Positions 1 to 13,815 of a stretch of 64,000 bases of DNA are shown piece after piece. Every line of letters begins with the position of its first letter. Position 1 is the stretch's first letter. A program made the position numbers and the translations under genes. The stretch lies in the NCBI GenBank assembly GCA_012295275.1, contig CM022670.1, positions 6,448,001 to 6,512,000 of the forward strand, in the 5' to 3' direction. The notes beneath the pieces are model-generated. The model saw only the letters and a list, made by a program, of their open reading frames with translations. It was not told the DNA's origin and searched no databases. Source of the stretch: Chrysomallon squamiferum. Taxonomy: Eukaryota; Animalia; Mollusca.

Positions 1-3000
1 GCGTCAGTTATGAAAAATATAGGTCACACGACAGTGCACGGTGTATTTAGGAAACCCTTTGAAATTCTGCGTCTCTCCCACCTGAAATCAGGTTGTGTAA
101 ATTAATTTTGTTATTTTCTACACTGAAGTGAGAAGCTGAAGATTCAAGAGTGCTTCAGACGAAACACGTGACCTTAAAAATCATCATTATAGGTCGTTTT
201 TCTCAAACGAGACCACGTGACCGACTGAAGAGCTTGATTAAACAGGAACCCCCCCAGACTGTTGAGGCAGGTTCGCTCTACAGCGACCAGCGAAGCAGAC
301 ACGAGTGCTTCCCTCACTTGGAAGTTTTCTTTTTAATAATCTAAAGACGCTACAGAAAGAAAAAGAGAGAGAAAAAAAATCGTCACTTAATTATGACCGC
401 TTCAGACGTACGCATGCGCAAAGCTGGGAAGGCTTAAAGGCACACTTTGATGTATATTTTTTAAAAGAAAAATGACACTGATCCAGGCAGATTAGTTGCG
501 TAACAAAGATGTTTAAAATATTTTTAGGAAAAGCTAGGAGTGTCGATGTTTTTAATGTATTTACAGAATTGCTGTTACTGTCATACAGTTAAAGGCAAAT
601 ATCGAATTTCTGAACAGCAGTCAGCTGTCTGTAGATATTTCATCGTGACAATTATATCATACATACTGATGTTAATAAAATAATAATAATAATAAATATT
701 AGAAAAAGTAATTAAATAAACAATTTTACACAAATGTGTAAATTGTATAGAAGTATGTACATGTAAAAGTACAGAGTATATATTATATATTTGTAGATAC
801 GTACACAAATACAAAATTTCATGATGCGTGTTAAATAGCAGTGTAAAATACGCCTTGGGGAAATATTCCTAATTTTCCTCGTGCACATTTATTAATAATT
901 CTACAGTTCCTATCACTGACCAATGAGCTTTATCGTTACTTAAATGACACTTATTGTTTATGTAAGCGATAAACGATAATGGCTGCTGATTGGTGAATTA
1001 TTCAGCGACCTTCAGAGACCAGATCCATCTCTGTACCATAATTTACTCGAATACAAAACACGCGGCAGAAAAAAAGCACTCGTCACGTGCACAAACAGCG
1101 TTCACCTAGGAGATGTTATCAGACGTACAATAGCTGTGACGCATGCGCTCTAAGTGTTTCTCCAACATGCAATAAAAGCTTTTATTTATGGCTGAAGAGT
1201 GCGGTCAGAAACAAAACATTTAAAAAAAGAAAAGAAAAGAAAACAGAAAACGAGCATTCTTCAGTCCTGAACGATTATGAATTAATAAATACAAGTGGTT
1301 TAATTTCTTCATAGCACGTGAAAAACGTGTACTCCGTGACCTCTAGTGTATGTTAAATGAAAATACGGATCTATGGGTGGGTATATATGGTACCTAAATT
1401 TCACAAAATCATTTTTCACAAAAAAAAGAAAGAAAAGAAAGTATTATACACACAAAAAACATTATACGTGGGTTAGGGTGATTTTGTTTTTATTGATGTT
1501 TGACAAAACCGTCATTAGCATTTATTTAATCACATCAAAACATTTCATACTGACCGTAGACCCGACCCACAAAAAATCCTGGATCCTCCCTTTGAATGGT
1601 AATAAATTATACAAAAACAGTGAATTTTTAAAACAAATATTTCCATTTTAACAGATACTTTTTATTAACATACCTTTAAATATTTTATTTTTATTTTACA
1701 AAAGAAAATAATGACGAACATGTCACAAGATACGGCTTTAAAAAAATTGACCCTCTACTCAGATTACAGCAGATAACTGTTTCACCTGAGACTGACACTT
1801 ATAAATATCTACACGCTTTTATATCTCTGCGTTCTAAAAAAAAAAAAAAAAAAAAAAAAAATACCCATCTAAATTAATTCAGTGGCAAAATATATATTAT
1901 TACTATATGAAGCAGACGCGTTCCTTGTCACGTGACAGCCACGCGCCTGTCATCTGCTGTACGCCCTTGTGTCTAGAAGCAGCAGACGAAGTACCAGATG
2001 TCAAGTAGGGAAATACCTGAACGACGCGATATCAACCAGTAACCTGTAACCCTGCTGTTCTGAAACCCTGTTTTAAAAAAAGAAAAGAAAGCAAAAAGAA
2101 TAAAGACGAAAGAAAGAAAGAAAGAAAAAAAACCTGGTATAATCGTTAGAAGAAAATCGATTATAATTTGTTGGACTTATTTGCTGTTTCTTTACGACTT
2201 TTGAATAATTTTATAAAACTTAGATGGTTTGACTTCAGTAGAAGTGAAAAACACCGAGAGAATGGAACATTTTGTCAGCTGAAAAGCGAGGTTAAAACGA
2301 GTATTCTAAACGTGGTCTCGGTGTAGTGCTACTAATTGCAACATACAATCATTTGTATTCTGACGTCACAATATTGTAGATATGCAGCTTAACTGTATAA
2401 TGGTATCATCAGCGTGTGTTCTAGAAATGTAAATTATAATATCATGATGTTTTGATGTAAAACAGCGTCAATAGTTCTACGGAAACAGCATCAACACATT
2501 TACAAATGCAGTTGTTTTATCACCCTGGTTATAACACATCAGTAGCTATATTGTGACGTCATAAGTGGTCTACATACATATCCCGGCTCGAGCACGGCGT
2601 GAACTCTATTTTGACGTCATTGTTTTTTCTAGAAACATTAATGGATGCAACATATTATCAACAGTACGATGACGTTGCGAATATTCTACTAACACAACCT
2701 ACATAGTACTACAAACTATAACAACATTTTCCAGTGTTGTCTAAAAAGACATGTTTAGTATCATACTGCACACTTGCAGTGTTCTAATCATTCTACAAAC
2801 ATAATACACGTTTAATACGTATTTACATTTTTTTTTATTATTAAGCTATACAGCTATTAGCACTGCACTTCAGTTCTGTACATCTGTTGGAAGCAGTTCA
2901 ATCGATGACAATGTTAATATGCTGCTGCTTTGTCATTGGAAATGTACGATAGTTAACTCACATAAGCGTCCTGAATTTGTCTGTATAAAATTGTGAAATA

Positions 3001-3364
3001 TGAGGACAGTACAAGCTAACTACACTAATATAGTTTAGTAGTTTTGTTCTTTTTTTGTGGAGTTTTTTTTTTTTTTTTTTTCTACGTGGATTGAAACGAA
3101 TCAATACTAATTACAAAATACGCGTAAAGCAGCACGTTATATGTAGAGAACATTACAAGTTTCGCATCATAAAGCAAACCATGGTTGAGAAGTTTGTAAT
3201 AAACAAAGCACATTAAAACACAACGTGTTGTTTGAGTACAGACTAATAATATAGAGTCTAATATACACAATGACACACAGTATAAAATATTTATAGGTGT
3301 GTATATTATTATGTATACTTTATTGTTTTTTTCTCTCTCATAGGTTAGAGAGAATACAATGGCA

Positions 3365-3400
<36 letters not shown>

Positions 3401-3608
3401 GATATATATATATATATATTATTCAGTGGCGTACCAAGGTCTGTTGATGCCCAGGGCCAACTCCTTGATTATATGCCCCAAAGACTCAAGTATAAGGCCG
3501 AGTACTGAGAAATATTATGTGAAAGGAAGATATTTTGAATATGTAAATACAGATGAAATACTTTATTCGATTTAAAAATAAATCAACCAAATTTATATAT
3601 ATACACAC

Positions 3609-3639
<31 letters not shown>

Positions 3640-4652
3640 TACACATACATATATATGTATGTTCATATGTATAATAATTGCGAAGAGAGTTTAAAAAGCT
3701 TTGTAAATAATGAAGTAGGATATTAAAGTAAAAGTACGTACACACACACAAACGAAGATACATACAAACATACATACACACATAAACATACATATACATG
3801 CACTAATGTATATATGTGTGTGTATGTGCGTGTCTATGTGTAATAATTAAGAAAATTACAAAAAAAAAAAATTAAAGAGGCGATGTTTTAGAAGAAGTAC
3901 AGATATGATATCTGATATTATATAGTTTCGTTTTATTCATTTGTGTTTCCATTCGATAACCTCAGCAAATCAGATACGTTCACCAATCAACTCGCGTGTT
4001 ACAATCAATGCACATTCCAATGAACCAATCACTTTTCTCGTTTCAGCGATTGTTCTTGTTTATTTATCCCTAAACCTCTTTTGTTATCCGAAGCTAACAC
4101 TTTTCATTTTCTTACCGTGTTTTTTATCCTGCATAACGAGTTTGTTTCAAAGAAGTATTCTCCCTTCAACAAATATCACTCATCTTCTTTGTCGCCAATT
4201 AGACATCCATTATGGAATTACAGCGAAGTGCCGTTAAGCCAGGGATATAGCTTATCCAATCATATTCCATGTTTTTTCTCATTATCCAATCATATTTCGT
4301 GTTTTTTTCTCATTAACGCGCTTACGACATCTCACATGACTGGTTCAATATGTCCGATGGCCGGCGTGATAATTAATCCGGTACAGCGATACCGCGTTCA
4401 TACCTCGTAATGAACTGTTAGAAATAAATCTCACATTCTCCTGTACGCTGTAACAAAACTTATTAAAGGCATTCTCCCTGTACCATTCCCAGAAATCGAT
4501 TATACAAGTCTGTTGCATATATATATATATATGTGTGTTTGAAGTTTGAACTAATGTAGACAGTTGTACAAATGATGTTCTAAATTATCTTTTGATAATT
4601 ATTTTAAACACGTTTTCAAAAATGTTTTGTTCGGAAAATACGCACGCACGCA

Positions 4653-4758
<106 letters not shown>

Positions 4759-5116
4759 TCTGCTAATTCATTCAGGAAAGAGTTTTAACTCACGAACAGT
4801 ATTTTTCAATCAGTCCTGATGATCTGTTTTATAAGTTTTTTTCTGAAAATTCTAACTATATGTCTGTCTGACCGTATGTCTGTCAATCTGTCATCAAATT
4901 TGTATACCATTACAATTATCTGTCACATCTACTGATTGTTCCCGTGATGGTTTTGTCGTTTGTGTTACACTTGTAATTATTTCTAATGTGTTTTTCATTC
5001 GATTCTGATTTCATTCTGATTATGTCTGATGTATATTTATACTTTCTCTTTCAGCAAATTGTAATTTGATTATAAGATAGTTGTAAATTCTTCTGCCATC
5101 AAGATAAGAGTTTTGT

Positions 5117-5185
<69 letters not shown>

Positions 5186-5760
5186 CTGTATGTAACTACA
5201 CTTTTTGGGTATGTATTAGAATTAAGATGCGAATCAGCTAAAAATAAAACTTTATAAATTAAAATAGTATCGATGGTCATAAGTAAATAAACAGCTTTTA
5301 AAAATTTGCATCGTTCTAAATAACTGCATTATTTGTTTCTTGTTGAAACTTTTGCTGAAGTGACAATTTTTGTATACTTTCAAATAATATTATATTTATA
5401 CCAAACAACGTTTGCTAATAATAAAGCATGACAATAAAACAGAATATTCGAGGAAGGAGTCTGCACTTGACACATCTACTCGTTCATATCCCGTTCCAAC
5501 CAGAACTCCACTGTTCATTTATAAAGGTTTATATACGCTTTCCTGACTTTTATTTATCAAATTGAAAACTAAAATAACCCTTAGACTGTTGACATTTACA
5601 ATTTGACAATTTCCCTTTTATTTACACTTTTTTCAATTACTTACTCTTTGATAAACATAAAAGAGTCAGCAATCAGGTGTTTTTATATCTCTCTAAAATA
5701 GTCTAATTTAGCCTAAATTTAAATCAGCTGTTATGTTAATGTTTCAATTAATCACAGATT

Positions 5761-6080
5761 TGAGTTCCCATGACAATTATCTATATTGTATTAATACAAC
5801 CACGTATCACTGAATTGAAACTTTATATTACTGTGCTAAATCTACACATGCCGAGTTTCCATGACAATTTCTCCATAACTGTGTTAATAATACTATATCT
5901 GCATCACACCTGAAATAAGATTTTATTACTATTTTCACTGTACTGTGCTGATATCTACTCGTACCACATCACTGAAATTTCTCGATAATTTCTCTTTATT
6001 GTGCTAATATATCTACATACCACACACCGTAAGACAGCTTCTTTGTCCTTGCTAATACTTCTATAATAGAATCGAGTTTC
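5761..6080. repeat. Degenerate tandem repeat (~90 bp period)
   Basis: GAGTT(C/T)CCATGACAATT recurs at 5762 and 5853, with repeated TGTGCTAA/TCTAC/ATCACTGAA sub-motifs. Confidence 0.55.
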
Positions 6081-6420
6081 GTGTGTTGTGTTGTTAATAG
6101 ATATCACTGGTCTGTCTCTCTGACTGGAAACACGACAATGCTGTTGTCACTGATGACAGAGCTTGCTGGGTGTTTTGTTGTGTGTTAATCGGATCTGAAC
6201 CCAGCAGCTCGACTGACACATGTCAAAACATCGTCTGGACTCGACTGAGTCTGAACCTCGTTTTTACATTCCTCCGCTTTAATTAGCGTCACCAGAGCAC
6301 AGTCTTCGTTATAGTCAGTGAAAACAGTTCACTGAACTGCAGGTAAGAAATACGTACACCAATTCAAATAATAACTAAAGTCAAGTAAGGACTCCAAGAA
6401 GTTACACTAAAAACCACAAC

Positions 6421-6720
6421 TATTCTGAAACAAGGTGTATTCTGAAACAAGGAGTATACTGAAACATAGAGCATAATGAAACAATGTTATGTAAGAACTA
6501 TAATGAAACAATAACAGCGTATAAATAACAAGAATACTGAAACAAATGTCAAGAATTTCAATGAAACAAGGAATTGAAACAAGAAAGAATGTAGCAAGAA
6601 TTTTGATGAAACAAGGTCAGAATGAAACAAGAACTAGAATGTATCAAGAACTGTGATGAAACAAGAACTAGAATGAAAGAAGAAATGCGATGAAACAAGA
6701 ACTAGAATGAAACGAGAACT
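6421..6720. repeat. Minisatellite with TGAAACAAG core
   Basis: More than 12 TGAAAC(A/G) cores at about 17-20 bp spacing, including GATGAAACAAGAACTAGAATG copies. Confidence 0.8.
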
Positions 6721-7215
6721 CTAAGCAGACATACATACACACACACATACCATCTGTTTTTCTGTGCAACGATTTAATGAGACACTAAACTCGCTGTCAT
6801 AACAAATCAGTTTTTATGGAATCACAGTTACAAATCTAGGTCGCACGTTTCTTTGTGTATTTCTGATATCTTCTCTTTGTCTGCCTCCACCGGTTTACTA
6901 GGTTTGATTTTCACCGCTGAACGGATTTAAGATCAGTTTATTTCACTAATTCTGCATTTTAATGTCAGTTAGTTCTGGTTTATATTACGAACTCCGTACT
7001 TCGTAAAAACAACTGTCTAAGCAGAACAAAACGTGAAATTGAAAGACGCAAATAAGAAAGTGAGAAAGACAGGGAGAGAGAAATGTAAAGAGATATAGTG
7101 AAAAAAGATACAGAGTGAGAGATAAAAAAAAAACGTAAACTGATTCAATAAATTCTTAGAAAAACAGACAAATATACTCTTATATGCATGTACACGTAGG
7201 CGGAGCACACACACA

Positions 7216-7268
<53 letters not shown>

Positions 7269-8071
7269 TGTATTATGTATGTATATGTATACATTTGGTT
7301 TTGCACTGCTGAGAATTGCTAAAACCAACTGAACTTCAATAACGTTATTATGTCGCGAGCATTTCTCTTAAAGTCACATACACACATAAATACATACACA
7401 ACATTTTTAAAGTCACACATTTTACGACAGGTAAAAACCGCAGTGAAAATTCGTATACACGAAGCAGTACGTCTGTGACAATACGATGTCGAGACATCAG
7501 TGTTTGTCTTTTTAAAACCAATTGTACATTTTAATCCGTTGAACTTTGATTCTGGTTCAAGTGGAAGTTCTCTGATATCGAGATACTAAACACAACACTT
7601 AGCTTATACATTTTAGAGTTTCTAGAAGAACGAATGGTAAAGAAACAGAATTTGATTCGAGATTAGTGACGACGATATTTGTTTGCAGTTTAGTACAACC
7701 ATACAAAACGGAAGAGAAAGGTCAATACCGTGTCATATTAGACAAGCTTCCGGTTACATACACTGGTTAATGGTGTAAGCGTTGAGTGGTCATTTGATAC
7801 GAGTTAAATACATTAATAAATATAATTAATGTGGATTACTAAACAGTAAATAGGTAGAGAGAAGCCAGGTATGATTCTGTTATATTTATGAGGAAATCTG
7901 AGCTATAAACGTTTTTATATGACTTCTATAAGTACGTGTACTTGTGTGTACTTAAAAGTTTCGTAAGAATGTAAAGTTGTTATTCGCTTTTAAAACATTA
8001 TGAATGGATGAAAAAAGTAGTATGAAAATTTCGATTTAATTATTATTATTATTGTTATTATATTATTATTA

Positions 8072-8083
8072 TTACTACTACTA

Positions 8084-8134
<51 letters not shown>

Positions 8135-8263
8135 TTATACAGATACCTGCATGAAAATAAAAGGAAAATCAACACACTTTCATGTCACACCAGAACAATA
8201 ATAAAAATACTGCTGTTACTACCACTTCTACTACTACTACAACTACCACTACTATTTTTACTT

Positions 8264-8296
<33 letters not shown>

Positions 8297-8305
8297 TTAC
8301 TACGA
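8072..8305. repeat. (TAC)n trinucleotide tracts
   Basis: Direct reading. Related TAC/TAT/AAT tracts occur at about 13204-13255, 22325-22393, 45755-46005, 52695-52757 and 63827-63947. Confidence 0.9.
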
Positions 8306-9113
8306 TTACAACTACTTATAATAATGATGATGATAACCACCACAACAACAATAACAATACAATAAAGAATTAAGTAAGTGAGTAAGCCCCAGATTCAATT
8401 ATTTTCATATTTCCTAAAATAGCGCATTCTCGCTACAAGTTTCACTGAGTAATTATGTATTTGTCTTCAGATGTCTCATTTAATTAATGTGGAAAAAGAT
8501 ATACGTATGTATGTATGTATTATGTACGTACGTACATAAGTATGTACATATCTATGAAAGTACGACTGTATGTACGTATTATGTATGTATGTATGTTTGT
8601 ATGTTTGAATGTATATATGTTCACATGTATGTGTAAAATAACTAGAATTAATGGATACTGCTTCTCTGCTGTAAAGATAACATTGTTACTAAGTCAGTCA
8701 GAAATAACTCATTAAAAAGCTAGTAGTTACAAATAAATCGTAATTTTAAAAAGTTATAATTTACTGGGCTCCTATTTAATGAAACAAATCGAAGTCAGTT
8801 TATCAAATCTAAATAATATATATAGTAAAATCACTTGAAATCAACTTTGTATTGTGAAAATATTATCATCAACATCATTATCATCATCATATATTACTAC
8901 TATTATTAATGTTACTACAACAACTACAACTACTACTACTACTACTACTTATACTACGACAATGTCTGTAGCGATTCATGGTGACTCAGCCTTTGTAACA
9001 TTTTTTTCCTACTAAGATAATTGTAGCACAGTCAACAAGGGAGAGTACTTACACCGTACTATAATGTTTTAAACCCGCCATTGTCGATGTTCTCTCCCTT
9101 AGTTTTGTTTTAA

Positions 9114-9148
<35 letters not shown>

Positions 9149-9515
9149 ATTTTGTATGTTAATTTGTTCAGATATATTATGGCTGATTTTCAATTTCGTG
9201 TTCGTGTTTATTTTATTAAATATTTTTTACCGTTTATAAATTTTGCTGATTATTAATTAAACTAAATAATAATGAAATTTTTTTTTTTTTAAATATAAAA
9301 AAAATTTAAAACTTCATTGTATAATTTATGTATATATTTATCATGACACACACGCGCACACACACACATATACAAAAGGATAGAAAAATAAAGATTGCAG
9401 ACCGATACGTTTCGGCAAAACCTGACAAAAATCGCTAAACGTACATCATACAGCCTGACGTCCATCCGAAAATATCACATAGTGTAGTAGTGTTTTCCTC
9501 TTTTTCATAACTGTG

Positions 9516-9578
<63 letters not shown>

Positions 9579-12500
9579 CCCCATATTCAAACAGACAAAC
9601 ATATACACATACGCGACAATTAATATTTCCTAAAGTAAGTGTCGAGCTATCGCTAAACAAATATTTTTTCATTCTTGTGAACTTGTTAACAGAATCAGTT
9701 AAAGTCTTCAGAGACTCGTTCTGAATTATACGTGACCCACACGCACAACACGCACAACACGCGTAAGACACCTCTGCCACATTATCTAGTGTCAGACAAC
9801 GAAACAACGCCGTCATTGCCTTGCTTTATAAATAATTAAAATGTATCTCTTACAATATAGCTGTTGTTTAATGAACCGTCTTTGTGGTCAGTTACATTAA
9901 ACAATTACTTTTAAATGACCTTTATGAATTAATTACATTTCACTGCGAAGACCGAATTGTTTTAAATTCTCGTACAATACAAAATGGTTTTAGTACATTT
10001 GCTCACACGTGGATGTAAAAACGTGGCGGATGTGGAGGCTTAGAACCGGAAATGGAACGACGTCAAATATGTGTAATGGCCACAATGAACTAAAGAATTG
10101 TGATTGGTGATGATGTCCACACATCGACAGGATGGTGGATTGATTTGATGACAGTTCATTAATGGAATCTCGAGCAGATGGAGTTTGAGTGGTGATGACG
10201 ACACTCTGCCAGTGTTTGCTACGTACTGAACAAAACAACCGACCATACCAGGGATTACGTCATCAGATTTATGACTCGCTGGTACAGAGTTTGCGTCAAC
10301 CGGAAGGATCCAGTCAAGATCGGACCAGTGAGATGTTCTTCTACTAGTGTTTCTCACTAACTGACTTTCTTGTACAACAAAATAAACCAGATCATGATCG
10401 ATGTGATACGACATGCTTGCATTGTCTCATTAATAAGATTAAACATTTATTATTCTCTTAAATGATGATGATGATGACTGTAGTAGTAACAGCAGAAGTA
10501 GTAGTTCTAGTAGCAGAAATAGATGCGGTAGAATTATAAGTAATAATAAAACTAATAATACTATCAGAAACAGTGTTTATTAACTTATTTATAACAGCAA
10601 AGGCTGCGACAGTGACATTTAGTCTGTTATGTGAAAACACGTAAGAGTATTTTATAGTAAACAGAATTACTGAATTACGTAGCTTTAATCTTCAGTGTTT
10701 ATTAAGTTGTTTTATTTAATACTTGTAATTTAAACATATTTATGTACCAACTTGAGATGAGTATGTAATGACGATATGAGAAGTACATGAGTACTGATGT
10801 GTAAATACTTTTTCTACGTGAATGTGAACTCTCATTAACAGCTTGCTGCTTGGGTAAATGGATATTAAGTTCCATTAGAAACTAAAAAAAGCAGGTTGGT
10901 TACTTGTCTGTTTAGAGCTTTTAAAAGCATGTTCAAAATGGTTTATGCTTTAATACAAAGCGACGTTGTGTTTGCAAAAACCAGAGTAAACAATTTGCGT
11001 CACGTCTCTGCAAACATAACGTATTTGTGTGAAGTATACTGCATCAGAACCGTTACAGTGAATGTTGTGACGTGTTATACAGAATCAAAAATAACGAAAA
11101 CTTTAAGGAAATAGTAGTTGATAGAAGAAAATGAAGACATGAAAAGTAAAACAAACAAAGAAAATGACAACAGAACAAAAGTAGATGGAAAGCAAAACGA
11201 AATAAAAGCAGGAAGGAAAGAGAAAAGACAGAAAAAAGGACAAAAACAAAGCCAGAATGAAAGAATTAAATCAAGGAATAAATAAATATATAAACAATTA
11301 CAAAGACGTCAACAAACAAACAAACAAAAAATAAACAAACAAAAAATAAATAAATAAATAAATAAATAAAAATAAAATAAAATAAAATAAAATAAAATAA
11401 AATAAAATAAAATAAATAAATAAATAAAAAAAACTACGCAACAAAACAATATTAAACCACAAAAAACCCCATTATTTTCTCCCAATACCTCAATACGTAG
11501 TAAACTTTCATTGAGCTGTAATTATGCGACCAGATGCGTCTGTTTTGCAGATGTTTTATTAAATTACTCGTGTGAACTTGCTGCAGTGTAGTTTCAATTA
11601 CTCGTTATATCAGTTATTTCTACCATACATCATTTACTTTCGCCGCATTTACGTATTTCGCGTTCTAGCTGTCAAAAAGCAACAGCGATAATTAAATAAA
11701 ACTTGATAAAGTGTTTGACTTTCAAAAATGCACATCCCAGATCACAGTCTAATAGTCCGGTTTAAAAAAATCAACAAAAAACCCCCAAAATCTTGTTAAT
11801 TTAATATTTCAGTTAATTTCATTAAAGTAAACGCTATTCTTTAGTTTGACCTTTAAGCGGGCTGCGTTTCTTTGAAAAATTGTAAAAAAAAAAAAATCAC
11901 AAACACGCACGCACGCACTTACACAAACATACAAACACAAAAAAAAACCAAAAAAAAAAAAGAATATTTAATAGCAGACGCAGCAGTAGTACAAATAGTA
12001 GTAGTAGTTTTAGTAGCAGTAATAAGTATATAAAATTACCAATCAAACAAAGTTCGTTCGTGTCTGTCTAGATCAGATCGATATGTTCATTGTGATCAGG
12101 ACGGGCGTACTAGAGCGCCCAGCGGACGTAAGGACGTGTCACTGGTTGACTGATTGCCCAGAGTTCGTTCTGCTTTCTCTCAGGCTCTGTTTACAGATTC
12201 TCTCTGTCATTAACGTCCGTTGTGCCGCGGTCATGCAAAACACCAATGCACCATCTGAAGGCTGGCAGTTCATTACGGCAGTTTGCGGTTCTTTGCGTCT
12301 TTTAAGCGTGTCGTGTGTCAGAATCGACTGTCATACGGCGGCTTGCCTCTCTCATTTTCCTATTCACTTTCTGTCTGATCATTTCCTTCTTGTCGTTCTG
12401 TCAGCCGGTCGGCAAACCGTCAACAAAAAAACACGTGTCATTTCACTTCTTTCGCACGGAGGACGACCGCATGACGCTGTCACAGTGGTCGTGGCAAATT

Positions 12501-13024
12501 GATCGCACATGGCCGCCGTGATGCGGTTATTAAGTTCGGGTTTAGGTCCGCGTCTCAGCGGACGGACACTCTGAGAAACAGTAATTGGAGAAATTCGTAC
12601 AAGTATCTGTGAGAAATCTCAAATATTACACACAGACAAACAACAGATGACCTGTAGGTGGGAAACAAACTTCTGTGATGTACTTCTGTCAGGTTCTGCG
12701 TGTTTCTTTGTGGACATTTGTTTGGAAATATTCTGGAATCGACTTCTTTGTTTTTTCTTCTTCGAAACTTGGCAACAGAACTGCAAGAATTTTCTTTTCT
12801 TTTCTAATTAATTCCTCCTAAAATTAGTTTGAGTTTTTGTTGTTGTTTTCAGATTTTACAAAACTGTATTAATAAAGTGTGTTTTTCTAGAAATGAAGCT
12901 GAAACGTCACTTTTTGTAAAACTGATTAAACTGCTTGAATCCATTCAAGTAAACATAAACACACACACAACACACACACACACACACACACACGTACGTA
13001 CATACGTTCACCTGAACCTGATTG

Positions 13025-13140
13025 TATACAGGATCAATCCTTTGTTAAGTCATTATTGTTCTATATCTGTTTCCAGCATGATGCTCACTATTAAGTAATA
13101 TATATCTTCCTGTTTATGGGATGGTATGTACTAATGCTAC
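13025..13140 (+). mobile_element. Decayed SINE fragment, probably the same family as 15990-16220
   Basis: GGATCAATCC (degenerate B box) followed by TTCCTGTTTATGGGATGGT, similar to the reverse complement of 16050-16078. Confidence 0.35.
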
Positions 13141-13202
13141 ATTACCTCAGTCACAGATAGAAATTATATATGATCATTAAAAACAAAATAAAACAAAATA
13201 AC

Positions 13203-13256
<54 letters not shown>

Positions 13257-13676
13257 GATGATGATGATGATAATTTATTGTTTAATAATTCAGTAATTAA
13301 TTGTAAAATGGTTCTACAACGGGAAAACAGTAATAACAAGGGAAGAAAGAAAACGAAGTCTGAGAAAAAACGAAACAATGGAATTAGAACAGCCTTCGTC
13401 ATTGATGGATGACTTTAGAGCAACACGTCGCTAAAGATATATATTTTTTTCTCATTCTTTTTTTTACGCTAAGGAAATTATTTGCTGTTATTACCTTTAA
13501 GGACTTGACGTAAATAAATGGTGGAAGAACACCCCTAGTGGTTCGTGACGATGCTCTGTGTAACCGGAACTACTCTGTTGAGTGTGCTAATAACAGATTA
13601 TAAATAGAATTCTTTTCTTTTTTTTAAAATTAAAAGTAATTAATTCTATGTATTGTGTATCTGTGTGTATGCGAAT

Positions 13677-13815
<139 letters not shown>

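Noticed and set aside
10040-10414. 124-aa non-repetitive ORF (also 12083-12502, 14567-14905, 36706-37068)
   Set aside because: No recognisable domains or consistent splice partners. These lengths are attainable by chance in locally GC-richer non-coding islands.
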